A DNA stretch of 64,000 nt, taken from positions 1,242-65,241 of the forward strand of contig JBEKOT010000001.1 in the NCBI GenBank assembly GCA_049521495.1, read 5' to 3'. Positions 37,156-46,887 of this stretch are shown one piece after another. Within the stretch, counting starts at the first letter, position 1; every line of letters begins with the position of its first letter. The position numbers were made by a program, and so were the translations under genes. Source of the DNA: Syntrophorhabdales bacterium (GTDB lineage Bacteria; Desulfobacterota; Syntrophorhabdia; Syntrophorhabdales; WCHB1-27). A model generated the notes under the pieces. The model saw only the letters and a list, made by a program, of their open reading frames with translations, made no database searches and was not told where the DNA came from.

Positions 37156-38319
37156 GTGACAATCGCCTCTATTTTTTTCCTTACGCTCATAGCGCTCGGA
37201 GGCGCCTATCTCGTTCTTTCCCTCCTGTGCGTGCTGAGCTTCTTCGGTAAGTCCCGCCCGGAGAAGACGGTCCATTTGCCCCCGGAGGATTCGTTGGCCG
37301 TCTCCATACTCAAACCGATAAAGGGCTTCGACCCCTCCATGGCCGGGAATTTGGAGAGCTTCCTCGCCCAGGAGTATCCCCGCTTCGAGGTGCTCTTCGG
37401 CTTTCGCGACCCGGAAGACCCCGCCCTTCCTTTCGTTAAAAGAATGGCGGCGGAGGCGCCCTGCGAAGCCCGCGTCGTCGTCAGCAACACGGGCGCGGGC
37501 GCCAACGATAAGGTGCTCAGCCTCCAAGCGCTGGCGGATAATGCCCGCTATTCGATGCTGGCTCTTTCAGACAGCGACATGGTTGTCGATAGGGACTATC
37601 TCAGCCTGATAATCGGTGAGTTCCTTCGGGCGGGGAAGACGGGGATAGTGACCTCTCTCTACAAGATATCGAGACCCGTCTCCGTCGGGAGCGCCCTCGA
37701 ATCGCTCACCATTGCCCTCGACTTCATCCCATCGGTCCTGGTGGCCAGGCGCATGGAAGGGATTACCTTCGGACTGGGCGCCTCCATCCTCATCTCCAAG
37801 GAGGTCCTTCGCGACATCGGCGGGTTCGCAGCCATCGCAGATTATCTCGCAGACGACTACCAGCTGGGCAACAGGTGCTGGCAAAAGGGATACGATAACG
37901 TTCTCAGCGCCCGTGTGATCGAGAACCGGGTCGGGCCTATGAGTATAAGGGAACACCTGGTCCACCAGCTGCGCTGGGCGAGAACCCAGAGGGTATCGAG
38001 GCCGACGGGGTACCTCGGATACGGCATTAGCCACTTATTCCCTTTCACCCTGCTTTTCTTCCTAATCTGTCCCGGTGTCAAGCCTGCTGCCTTGATTGGT
38101 CTGGCCCTTGCCCTGCGTTACGCCCTCGCCCTTTCCCTCTATAGAAAAGTGGTCGCCGATGCGGCCTGGCTCAGATGGCTTTTCCTAATACCTTTCAAGG
38201 ACGCCCTCAGCTTCCTTGTTTGGCTCTGGAGCTTCGCCGGCTCGAAGGTGTACTGGAGGGGGGCCTATTACCGGACCGTAAGAGGGGGGAAGATGGTGAA
38301 AATTGATGGCGGCAGTTGA
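37156..38319 (+). CDS. hpnI: Hopanoid-associated glycosyltransferase HpnI (GT2/GT21-like)
   Basis: VSILKPIKGFDPSMAGNLESFLAQEYPRFEVLFG, LSDSDMVVD and HQLRWARTQR. GTG start with GGAGGA RBS. Confidence 0.8.
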   Translation: MTIASIFFLTLIALGGAYLVLSLLCVLSFFGKSRPEKTVHLPPEDSLAVSILKPIKGFDPSMAGNLESFLAQEYPRFEVLFGFRDPEDPALPFVKRMAAEAPCEARVVVSNTGAGANDKVLSLQALADNARYSMLALSDSDMVVDRDYLSLIIGEFLRAGKTGIVTSLYKISRPVSVGSALESLTIALDFIPSVLVARRMEGITFGLGASILISKEVLRDIGGFAAIADYLADDYQLGNRCWQKGYDNVLSARVIENRVGPMSIREHLVHQLRWARTQRVSRPTGYLGYGISHLFPFTLLFFLICPGVKPAALIGLALALRYALALSLYRKVVADAAWLRWLFLIPFKDALSFLVWLWSFAGSKVYWRGAYYRTVRGGKMVKIDGGS

Positions 38320-38366
38320 AGGGCTTGCAGCGTCTGCTATCCGCGTGCTATCCTGAGGCGGAGTTT

Positions 38367-39707
38367 ATGGCCATTGCTGCAAAGCTGCTCCTCCTTTCTT
38401 CGCTTCCGCTCATGACAGCATGCGCGAGCGCATCGCCGGACATGTGCGGGCCGGCCCCTATTCCAGTCGAGGCGCGGGAAGGCGGGTCAAAGGCCGATAA
38501 GCAGAAAGGGATGACGCCCGATGGCGGCAGCTCCGGGCAGGCCGCCGGCAAAGCGCCTGGAGCCGAAAGACCGGCCGGGAAGGCCGGCTTCGCTGCCGTG
38601 CCGGTGCCTTTCGTGGCTACTACGCCGAACGAAGGCACTTCTTATGGGGCGCTGGCTGCCTTTCTCCTTTACAACCGGCAGGGCGAGGTCACAAAGCTCG
38701 TGGCGCCCCAGGTAAACTACAACCGGAATTTCGGGTACACCGGTACTCTCTACGGGGCCTTCTATCCCAAGCCGGAGCGCCAGCTCGAGGTCAACCTCTC
38801 CCAGTCGACCATCATAAACCAGGACTACGACGCAAGGTTCCGGGACAAGACGCTTCTCGACAACAAGCTCGAAACGAAGGCCTACGCCGGTGTTTTTGCC
38901 GACGGCTCCGCCCGTTTCTTCGGATTTCAATCGGAGAGCCAAAGGCGGAACCAGACGAACTATACCGACCGGGAATCGGGCCTTGACATCTCCGCCGGCT
39001 ACGACATCGTCAAGCACTTTCAGGTGGCCCTGGGCGATAGAGTGAGGGATGTCAGCATCGGCCACGGGGCCCTGACGGGCCTGCCCTTTATCGGCAGCCG
39101 CTTTACTGAAAATCAGGTGCCTGGTGTAAACGGGTTTACCGCCCACGTCCAGAGAGTGGCCTTTATTTACGACTCCATGGATTCCCGCATCACTCCTACT
39201 TCGGGCCTTTACGGGAGGGCGATTTTCGAGACGAGCAACGCACTGCTCGGCTCGGTCGCCAGTTTTCAGCGCTACGAACTCGAGGCAAAGGGTTATCTCC
39301 CTCTCTACGACGCTCGTTCGGTAACTGTCGCCCGCTTTGCCTATAACCAGGTCCTGGGCAGTAACGTACCCTTTCTTGAGCAGAGTGTCCTGGGCGGGGA
39401 GAACACGCTACGCGGTTACGGCCGTAATCGGTTTATCGACAACAGCTTCTTCCTCGGGAACGTCGAGGAGCGGATTCGTCTGGGTCGCCTGAACCTGTTC
39501 GACGTAGATGCCGAGGTCGAAGCCGCGCCTTTTCTCGACGCAGGCACTGTAATGAGGGACATTTGGTACATCCGTCGGAGGAATTTCAAGTACAATCCGG
39601 GGATCGGCTTCAGGGGCATAGTCAGGCCGAATATAGTGGGCCGCGTAGATATGGGCGTGGGCAAAGAGGGGATTGCGGTTTTCGCGGGGTTGGGCTACCC
39701 TTTTTAG
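38367..39707 (+). CDS. Omp85/BamA-family (bacterial surface antigen) beta-barrel protein with lipoprotein-type signal
   Basis: MAIAAKLLLLSSLPLMTAC (lipobox-like), a Gly/Ala/Pro-rich linker, and barrel end GIGFRGIVRPNIVGRVDMGVGKEGIAVFAGLGYPF. TTG 38316, overlapping the hpnI stop, is an alternative start. Confidence 0.7.
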   Translation: MAIAAKLLLLSSLPLMTACASASPDMCGPAPIPVEAREGGSKADKQKGMTPDGGSSGQAAGKAPGAERPAGKAGFAAVPVPFVATTPNEGTSYGALAAFLLYNRQGEVTKLVAPQVNYNRNFGYTGTLYGAFYPKPERQLEVNLSQSTIINQDYDARFRDKTLLDNKLETKAYAGVFADGSARFFGFQSESQRRNQTNYTDRESGLDISAGYDIVKHFQVALGDRVRDVSIGHGALTGLPFIGSRFTENQVPGVNGFTAHVQRVAFIYDSMDSRITPTSGLYGRAIFETSNALLGSVASFQRYELEAKGYLPLYDARSVTVARFAYNQVLGSNVPFLEQSVLGGENTLRGYGRNRFIDNSFFLGNVEERIRLGRLNLFDVDAEVEAAPFLDAGTVMRDIWYIRRRNFKYNPGIGFRGIVRPNIVGRVDMGVGKEGIAVFAGLGYPF

Positions 39708-39714
39708 CGACTAC

Positions 39715-40440
39715 CTAACTCTCCGAATTGAACTTCTCGAGGGTAGAGATAAACTCGAGGAGCCCCACCTTCCTCTCCCTGTCAACGTCATTGAACTGGA
39801 CGCCCATGTTGATCCTCTGGGAGTCCCGCTGTATGTTTCTTATGTTTCCCGCAATTTCGAGCCTATCCTCCACACCAGGTAATTGCACGTAGAAGACGAC
39901 CATGTCGTTCACCCTCACATCGGGGAGTACCTGGTCAGCCGATCCTTTTATCATTGTGAAGTTGCATCCGGCACCGCTTATATCGACGATAATGCCATCC
40001 CCGACGACATTACGGTCCTTCGTCTTCTCGCCGCTCCTGATGTCAGCGGGAAGATAGCACTCGATCCTTCTGTTCGATCGGAGGCTCCGTCGGAAAACTG
40101 AAGTCGGATAGGAGATGAACAACAACCTTAGGGGATCGGTCGTCATGCCCAGCAACTCGGATCGAAAGCCGAAAACATCGCCGCCGTTGATGTATCGGAC
40201 GGTGATCTTGTTGCCTTTGAACAGCTTGCTCGTGATAGAACCAAAGGCGCCGGTGGACGGATATTTTATTATCAGCCAGTGGCCCGCAAGATAACCCACG
40301 GAGATACTGCTCATCTTGATCGAGACCCCGCTTATCTCGACCTGCAAGGGCACACCGACAGGGAAGAAGAATTTCTTGCCGGATTTGCTCGGATCGTTCG
40401 AGGTTATCCCATCTTCACCACTCTTATTTTCAGCCGTCAT
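39715..40440 (-). CDS. YcgR-like PilZ-domain c-di-GMP-binding protein
   Basis: RRSLRSNRRIECYLPA (RxxxR) and DGIIVDISGAGCNF (DxSxxG), with an N-terminal PilZN-like half. ATG 40440 is preferred over GTG 40497. Confidence 0.75.
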   Translation of the reverse strand: MTAENKSGEDGITSNDPSKSGKKFFFPVGVPLQVEISGVSIKMSSISVGYLAGHWLIIKYPSTGAFGSITSKLFKGNKITVRYINGGDVFGFRSELLGMTTDPLRLLFISYPTSVFRRSLRSNRRIECYLPADIRSGEKTKDRNVVGDGIIVDISGAGCNFTMIKGSADQVLPDVRVNDMVVFYVQLPGVEDRLEIAGNIRNIQRDSQRINMGVQFNDVDRERKVGLLEFISTLEKFNSES

Positions 40441-40654
40441 ATCAGCTTCACTCCTCCATCGGAATCGCCGCCTCCATGCAGGCGGGGAACTGCTCACCTC
40501 CCGCCAAGGGCCTCTATCGGCGAGAAAGCGTCAGCGCCGCAAGAGGACCCGGCGACCGGAAACATATATAGGGTTTATCGGATGAGCGGTGCAGTAATTA
40601 AGGGCGTCGCCCGAGCAATCCGGCGGGCGGCTTTGCGGCCGTGAGACCCGGCCC

Positions 40655-41278
40655 TTAGAAGTAGAAGCCGATAGTCAGGACATTCGCGTTAATTGACCTG
40701 TTGGGTGAGGCCGTCGAGCCGTTGGAGTAGTGACGGAGTCTGTCCTCTATGAAAAAGCGGCCGAAACGGTAGCCTGCGCCCGCTTCAAGCGTAAAATTGA
40801 GATGGGTCCCCTGTTCCTTAAAGCCCACGGTCGTATAGACCATGCCTGTCCCGGCGGTGAAAAAGAAGCCTCTCTTTTCCGCTCCGGACAGGCGGTATTT
40901 TAGGCCGGTGTAAAGGCCCGCGTCAACCCCTTGATCGGGCCTGTTGACGAAAGAGGCGAAAGGCTCGAGAAAGACGGCGAGCGCCAGGTAATCTCTGCAC
41001 GGCCTCTCCAAGAGGTAGGTGACCTGAAAGAAATCATAGGCCCTTCCCCCCTCGATTCTGCTGAGATGCAATTCTGGGTTTAGCGCAGCGATACCGTAGC
41101 CGACCGACAAGGCCTGCTCCAGAGCCGACGCCGGCTCAGCCAGGCAGACGACTGACAGCAATAGCACCTGCAAAAGACGCTTAATCCCTCCATTCCCGGC
41201 CCCTCTATGCTGCTTTTGTCGGTCCGCCCTCGGCCCATGCCCCGGGCCCCCCTTTTCCTGCAGCGGGAGACTCTTCAT
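40655..41278 (-). CDS. Acyloxyacyl hydrolase / lipid A 3-O-deacylase (PagL)-like outer-membrane protein
   Basis: Signal-like KRLLQVLLLSVVCLAEPASA, beta-barrel periodicity and C-terminal RLRHYSNGSTASPNRSINANVLTIGFYF (H-x-S-N-G catalytic-type motif). The true start may be internal. Confidence 0.65.
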   Translation of the reverse strand: MKSLPLQEKGGPGHGPRADRQKQHRGAGNGGIKRLLQVLLLSVVCLAEPASALEQALSVGYGIAALNPELHLSRIEGGRAYDFFQVTYLLERPCRDYLALAVFLEPFASFVNRPDQGVDAGLYTGLKYRLSGAEKRGFFFTAGTGMVYTTVGFKEQGTHLNFTLEAGAGYRFGRFFIEDRLRHYSNGSTASPNRSINANVLTIGFYF

Positions 41279-41625
41279 TGAAGAAATATGTTACTCCACA
41301 GCCTGCCTGTCAACGGTGCCGGTCTTAAGTCAGTCAGTGCCGGGTTGCAACGGGATTGGCGATGAGGTAAACTATGCCTATGAAGGATGAAAAGACCCAG
41401 ACACCAGAGGCCCCTTGCATAATGGAGACGTACAGAGAAAAGGGTGTTTTTCAGCGGCTTCACCTTTGCGACTACTTGCGGGAGCTTACGGAAGAACAGG
41501 CAGAAGAAGCGGCGACAACACAGGCGGAACCTTTCGCCCCTTAGTTAGCCAAGCCTCCTGGGTCGGCGCCGGCTCGGCCAACGGCAGGCTCCGCAGCCCA
41601 ATTCCAATCGAATGAAGGAATTCCC

Positions 41626-42978
41626 ATGGAAAGACAAGGCTGGAAGCTGAAATCGAAAGAGGAGATCAAACTTATCTTTGAGTTCGCGGAAGACTACAAG
41701 AGGTTTCTCGATGCGGCAAAGACGGAGCGGGAAGCCGCGGCGCAGATCGAGGAGACCCTTCTCGCCCGGCACTTCACCACCGACGTGAAAGGATCCAGGG
41801 TCTACAGGGTTAACAGAGGTAAGGAGGTCGTCGCCTTCAGAAGGGGCAGGGCCGGGATTGCGCAAGGCATGAGGATCATCATCGCCCACATCGACGCGCC
41901 ACGCCTCGATCTCAAGCAGAATCCGCTTTACGAGGAAGTGGATCTAGCGCTCCTTCGGACACACTATTACGGCGGCATCAAGAAGTACCAATGGGTTGCC
42001 ATGCCGCTCGCCCTGCACGGGGTTGTGATAAAGACAGACGGGAGCAGCCTGAGGCTGGTAGTCGGCGAAGATGGGAACGACCCGGTTTTCTCCATCGACG
42101 ACCTGCTCCCCCACCTGTCACGAAAGCATCAGGACGAGAAAAAGCTTTCCGAGGCCATAGAGGGCGAGAAACTTATCCTTCTCTTCGGCAACATGCCGCT
42201 TCTGGGCGAGGATAAAGAGCCGGTGAAAAAGGGCGTGCTACAGCTCCTTGAGGAGCGGCACGGCATCGCCGAGGAGGATTTCATAAGTGCCGAAATCGAG
42301 GCAGTGCCGGCATTCAAGGCGAGGGACGTAGGTATCGACAGGAGCATGGTGGGGGCTTACGGACAGGATGACCGGGCGTCGGCTTACCCCCTGCTTTCCG
42401 CGCTTGTCGACCTGGAGGAAGAAACGCAGTGGCCTGTCCTTGCGGTCTTCGCCGACAAGGAGGAGATTGGATCGGAAGGGAACACGGGCGCCCAGTCGCA
42501 CTTCGTCCACCTCTTCCTTCAGGATGTGGTCGAGGGACTGGGTCTCAGCGATGTTGAAACGGTCATAAGGCGCTCGCTCTTCAAGTCCAAGGCGATAAGC
42601 GCCGATGTGAACGGCGCGGTAAATCCGACCTGGCAGGAGGTGCACGAGAAACAGAACGCTTGCTACCTCGGCCGCGGCATCTGCATCACCAAATTCACCG
42701 GCCATGGCGGCAAGGTCGGGGCAAACGACGCCCATGCGGAATACATGGCAGAGATAAGGAAGATTTTTTCGGAGTCGGGCGTCCTCTGGCAGGCCGGCGA
42801 GTTGGGAAAGATCGACGAAGGGGGAGGCGGAACGGTTGCGAAGTACCTTGCACAATACGGCATGGATATAATAGATATGGGCGCTCCCATTCTCACTATG
42901 CATTCCCCTTTTGAGATATCGAGCAAGCTCGATATCTACGAAGCATATCGGGCTTTCAAGGCATTCTTCTCGGGGTAG
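41626..42978 (+). CDS. M18-family aminopeptidase
   Basis: FEFAEDYKRFLDAAKTEREAAAQIEE N-terminus, IIAHIDAPRLDLK, AYGQDDRASAY, DKEEIGSEGNTGAQS and TMHSPFE. Confidence 0.85.
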   Translation: MERQGWKLKSKEEIKLIFEFAEDYKRFLDAAKTEREAAAQIEETLLARHFTTDVKGSRVYRVNRGKEVVAFRRGRAGIAQGMRIIIAHIDAPRLDLKQNPLYEEVDLALLRTHYYGGIKKYQWVAMPLALHGVVIKTDGSSLRLVVGEDGNDPVFSIDDLLPHLSRKHQDEKKLSEAIEGEKLILLFGNMPLLGEDKEPVKKGVLQLLEERHGIAEEDFISAEIEAVPAFKARDVGIDRSMVGAYGQDDRASAYPLLSALVDLEEETQWPVLAVFADKEEIGSEGNTGAQSHFVHLFLQDVVEGLGLSDVETVIRRSLFKSKAISADVNGAVNPTWQEVHEKQNACYLGRGICITKFTGHGGKVGANDAHAEYMAEIRKIFSESGVLWQAGELGKIDEGGGGTVAKYLAQYGMDIIDMGAPILTMHSPFEISSKLDIYEAYRAFKAFFSG

Positions 42979-43164
42979 GCCCGGGGCCCGAGCAGTGGCG
43001 CTACCCGGTGAAGCCGGGAAGCCGTAATGAATGCGCTCCCTTAGGGGAGGGCCGCTCGATCCCGGTCGTGAAGGGTGAGGCCCGGGGCACCCGCCGGCAG
43101 GTCGCGCCCAGCTAGCGGAGGGCGCGCTGAGCCCCGGTAATTGCAGCATGGAGGCAATCAAAAT

Positions 43165-45564
43165 ATGATGGAAGACGAAACATTGAAAGTGCCGGAGATA
43201 CTTCCCCTGCTCCCCGTGAGGGACATGGTCATGTATCCTTCGGTAACCCTGCCGCTTTTTCTCGGCAGAGAGACGTCGATAAACGCAGTGGAGAAATCGC
43301 TCTCGCAGGACAGGCTCATTGTCGTTGCCGCACAAAAGGACCTTACAGACGAAGACCCGCTGCCCGGAAGAATCTACTCGATGGGCGTGGTATCCCAGGT
43401 AATGCGTATGCTGCGCCTTCCGGACGGCAGGATAAAGATCCTTATCCAGGGCCTGAAGAGAGCGCAGATTGAAGAATATGTCCAGGAAAGCCCGACGTTC
43501 CTCGTGCGGATAAGCCAGGTTCAGGAGCCTCTCATCACGGAGATCAGCCTTGAGACGGAGGCCCTCATGCGCTACATCAGAGAGGAGATGGAAAAAGTTG
43601 TCTCCATGGGAAGGATGGTCCCTTCGGACGTACTGCTGGTCCTCGATACCATAGACGAGCCTGGGCGCTTCGCCGACGTAGCCTGCGCAAACCTGGGCCT
43701 CCAGGTTGAAAAGGCCCAGGAGATACTCGAGATCGTCGACCCCATTGACCGGCTCAGGAAACTATCTGAGATCGTAGGCAAAGAGATCGAGCTCTTGAAC
43801 ATGCAGGCGAAGATCCTCTCCCAGGCGAAGGAAGAGATGACAAAGAGCCAGAGGGAATATTTCCTGAGGGAACAAATGAAGGCCATCCGGTCGGAGCTCG
43901 GCGAGACCGACGAGCGCGACGAGGAGGTCAAGGACCTCCGGAAGAAGATCAAAAAGGCGAGGATGCCGCGCGAGGTGGAGAAAGAGGCAAAAAAGCAGGT
44001 CGAGCGGCTCGAAATGATGCACCCGGACGCCATAGAGTCGAACATGCTCAGGACGTACATAGAGTGGCTGGTCGAGATTCCCTGGAGCATATCTACGAAA
44101 GACAACATAGATATAAAAAAAGTGAAGGCCATTCTCGACGAAGACCACTATGACCTGGAGAAAAACAAAGAAAGGATCCTCGAGTTCCTGAGCGTCATCA
44201 AGCTGAAGGGCGAGATGAAGGGACCCATCCTGTGTTTCGTCGGGCCTCCCGGCGTCGGGAAAACGTCCCTCGGCCGTAGCATAGCGAGGGCGCTTGGCAG
44301 GAGCTTCCAGCGCATGTCTTTGGGAGGAATGAAAGACGAGGCAGAGATAAGGGGCCACAGGAGGACCTACGTAGGTGCCATGCCGGGAAGAATCATGCAG
44401 GGTCTGAGGCAGGGGGGCACCAACAACCCCGTTTTCATGCTCGATGAGGTCGACAAAATCGGGATGGACTTCAGAGGAGACCCTGCGAGCGCCCTTTTAG
44501 AGGTGCTCGATCCCGAGCAGAACGTCGCCTTCAGCGATCACTATCTGAATGTGCCTTTCGACCTGTCCAAGGTCATGTTCATCACTACGGCAAACCAGGT
44601 GGATACGATCCCCCCAGCGCTCCACGACAGGATGGAAATCATCCCTATCCCGGGCTACACTGAGCTGGAGAAGCTCCTCATCGCCAATCGCCACCTCATC
44701 CCGAAGCAGATCAGAGAGAACGGCCTGGATAACAGGCACGTCAGGTTCACCGACAAGGCGGTCGTCAAGATCATCACGGAGTACACAAGGGAGGCGGGAC
44801 TCAGAAACCTGGAACGGGAGATAGCATCGGTTGCGCGAAAGGTAGCGCGGAAGATCGCCGGAGGCAGCAATCGGGGGGCCACGGTGACTCCGAAGAACCT
44901 GCACAACCTGCTCGGACAGCCGAAATTCCTGCCCGAAAACACGCTGCCGGAGGACATGGTCGGCGTAGTCTGCGGTCTGGCCTGGACCGAAGCCGGCGGC
45001 GACCTGCTTTTTGTCGAGGCATTGGTCAGGAATGGTAAAAAAGAGCTCATCCTCACGGGCAATATGGGAAACGTGATGAAGGAATCGGCGCAGGCGGCGC
45101 TCAGCTACATCAAGGCCAAAAGCAGAGACCTGGGGATAGACGACGCCATATTCGACCAACTAGAGCTCCATATCCACGTTCCGCAAGGGGCAATACCGAA
45201 GGACGGTCCATCGGCGGGCATCACCATGGCGGTGGCAATGATAAGCGCCCTCACCGGGAGGCCTGTGGATAAAAAGATCGCCATGACGGGAGAGATCACT
45301 CTCACCGGCAGGGTCCTTGCCATCGGCGGTCTCAAGGAAAAGACCCTGGCCGCCCTGCGTGCAGGGATCGGCAGGATAATCATCCCCGAAGAGAACGCAA
45401 AGGAACTGGAAGAGATGCCGCCTTACGTGAAAAGGCGGATCAAGTTCCTGCCGGTAAAGGACATGGAAGGCGTGACCGATATTCTGTTCGGAAGGATGGG
45501 GAAGGCGCGGAAGAGGAAACTGGCGGGAAGGCGGGCCGGTCGTGAGAGAAGCCTTATTCTATGA
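43165..45564 (+). CDS. lon: ATP-dependent Lon protease
   Basis: LPLLPVRDMVMYPSVTLPLFLGRE (LON N-domain), GPPGVGKTS (Walker A) and KDGPSAGITMA (catalytic Ser). GGAGG RBS before ATG 43165. Confidence 0.95.
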   Translation: MMEDETLKVPEILPLLPVRDMVMYPSVTLPLFLGRETSINAVEKSLSQDRLIVVAAQKDLTDEDPLPGRIYSMGVVSQVMRMLRLPDGRIKILIQGLKRAQIEEYVQESPTFLVRISQVQEPLITEISLETEALMRYIREEMEKVVSMGRMVPSDVLLVLDTIDEPGRFADVACANLGLQVEKAQEILEIVDPIDRLRKLSEIVGKEIELLNMQAKILSQAKEEMTKSQREYFLREQMKAIRSELGETDERDEEVKDLRKKIKKARMPREVEKEAKKQVERLEMMHPDAIESNMLRTYIEWLVEIPWSISTKDNIDIKKVKAILDEDHYDLEKNKERILEFLSVIKLKGEMKGPILCFVGPPGVGKTSLGRSIARALGRSFQRMSLGGMKDEAEIRGHRRTYVGAMPGRIMQGLRQGGTNNPVFMLDEVDKIGMDFRGDPASALLEVLDPEQNVAFSDHYLNVPFDLSKVMFITTANQVDTIPPALHDRMEIIPIPGYTELEKLLIANRHLIPKQIRENGLDNRHVRFTDKAVVKIITEYTREAGLRNLEREIASVARKVARKIAGGSNRGATVTPKNLHNLLGQPKFLPENTLPEDMVGVVCGLAWTEAGGDLLFVEALVRNGKKELILTGNMGNVMKESAQAALSYIKAKSRDLGIDDAIFDQLELHIHVPQGAIPKDGPSAGITMAVAMISALTGRPVDKKIAMTGEITLTGRVLAIGGLKEKTLAALRAGIGRIIIPEENAKELEEMPPYVKRRIKFLPVKDMEGVTDILFGRMGKARKRKLAGRRAGRERSLIL

Positions 45565-46555
45565 GAAACGTGAAGGAAAAAAGGTAGCCTGTTTTCTCTG
45601 CAGGCACCACTGCTTAATCCCGGACGGTAAGAGGGGGATCTGCTGCGTCCGGGAGAACCGGGGAGGCACGCTCTTTACGCTGGTTTACGGCAATCCGTGC
45701 TCATGGCACGTGGACCCTATAGAAAAGAAGCCGCTCTACCATTTCTTTCCCGGCTCTAAGGCATTTTCGATTGCCACCGTCGGCTGCAACTTCCGCTGTC
45801 TCCACTGTCAAAACCACGAAATCTCCCAACTTCCGCGGGATGAAGACAGGATCGCGGGCCACCCCATGGACCCCGAGGCGGTTGTGGAGGAGGCCAGGGC
45901 AGCGGGGTGCAGGAGCATTTCGTACACTTACACCGAGCCCACAATGTTCTACGAGTATGCCGCCGACATCGCAAAGCTCGCCAAGGCCGCGGCTATCCAC
46001 AACAACTTCGTCACGAACGGCTATATAGAGGCAAAGCCCCTGGAGGTCTCGAGGACTTGGCTGGACGCGGCAAACATAGACCTAAAGAGCATGTCCGCCG
46101 GCTTCTACAGGAACGTGTGCGGCGCCAAGCTGGCGGGGGTGCTGGAGTCCATAAAAACCTATAAGTCCCTCGGCATTTGGGTCGAGCTCACGACCCTGAT
46201 CATCCCCAAGTACAATGACAGCGAGGATGAATTCGTAAGAATCGCCGCCTTCATACGGGATGAAGTCGGGGTCGATACGCCCTGGCACGTGAGCGCATTC
46301 TATCCCACTTACCGGCTCCGGGATAGCTTCCCGACACCCCCCGAGACCCTCCTTAAAGCCCGCGAGATAGGACTGGCTGCGGGCCTCAGGTATGTTTACA
46401 CAGGCAACATCCCCGGCATGGAAGGGGGAAACACGTACTGCCCCTCCTGCAAAAAGCCCGTCATCACGAGGTCGGGTTTCGCGGTTACAGGGTACGATCT
46501 CGATGACGGACGCTGCAGGTTCTGCGGAACGAAGATAGACGGGGTGGGGCTTTAA
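45542..46555 (+). CDS. amrS: AmmeMemoRadiSam-system radical SAM enzyme
   Basis: REALFYEKREGKKVACFLCRHHCLIPDGKRGICCVRENRGG and ATVGCNFRCLHCQN (CxxxCxxC). GTG start overlaps the lon 3' end by 23 nt. Confidence 0.85.
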   Translation: MREALFYEKREGKKVACFLCRHHCLIPDGKRGICCVRENRGGTLFTLVYGNPCSWHVDPIEKKPLYHFFPGSKAFSIATVGCNFRCLHCQNHEISQLPRDEDRIAGHPMDPEAVVEEARAAGCRSISYTYTEPTMFYEYAADIAKLAKAAAIHNNFVTNGYIEAKPLEVSRTWLDAANIDLKSMSAGFYRNVCGAKLAGVLESIKTYKSLGIWVELTTLIIPKYNDSEDEFVRIAAFIRDEVGVDTPWHVSAFYPTYRLRDSFPTPPETLLKAREIGLAAGLRYVYTGNIPGMEGGNTYCPSCKKPVITRSGFAVTGYDLDDGRCRFCGTKIDGVGL

Positions 46556-46622
46556 GATAAATCGGACTTCGGCGCCGAGGGAAGGGCAATAGCTTACGCT
46601 CGATGGGGTAAGCTTCGACCCT

Positions 46623-46856
46623 CTACCTCTTGAGGTAACTTGCATCCTCGTGGTGGTGAAGGTTCTTGAGCTTTTCGGCAACCTTGTAGATGGCGCCCTT
46701 GGTCTTACCTTCTTTTACGACCGCACCCCTCCAGATGAGCTTTCTCACTAGCTTGTGCAGGTTTTGACGGGAAAACCCGAAGGCCCCGCATATCTCCCTG
46801 CCCGAGGCTATCTTCCTCCTCTTGAGATACCTGAGGATTTTGTTTTCCGACCCCAT
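46623..46856 (-). CDS. Small winged-helix DNA-binding protein (77 aa)
   Basis: ILRYLKRRKIASGREICGAFGFSRQNLHKLVRKLIWRGAVVKEGKTKGAIY has a helix-turn-helix plus wing pattern. No clear RBS. Confidence 0.5.
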   Translation of the reverse strand: MGSENKILRYLKRRKIASGREICGAFGFSRQNLHKLVRKLIWRGAVVKEGKTKGAIYKVAEKLKNLHHHEDASYLKR

Positions 46857-46887
46857 AAATTTATATTGGTTTTAGCGATGTGGATTG

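Larger units (their letters stand above)
27862..38319 (+). other. Hopanoid biosynthesis gene cluster (hpnJ-hpnK-x-shc-hpnA-x-hpnH-x / hpnG / hpnI)
   Basis: Seven recognisable hpn/shc genes with overlapping or near-abutting boundaries. hpnG is on the opposite strand. Confidence 0.85.

Noticed and set aside
38300-38330. Sigma-54-type promoter (TGGC...TTGCA) before the Omp85-like gene
   Set aside because: The spacing between the GG and GC elements does not fit the fixed -24/-12 geometry.
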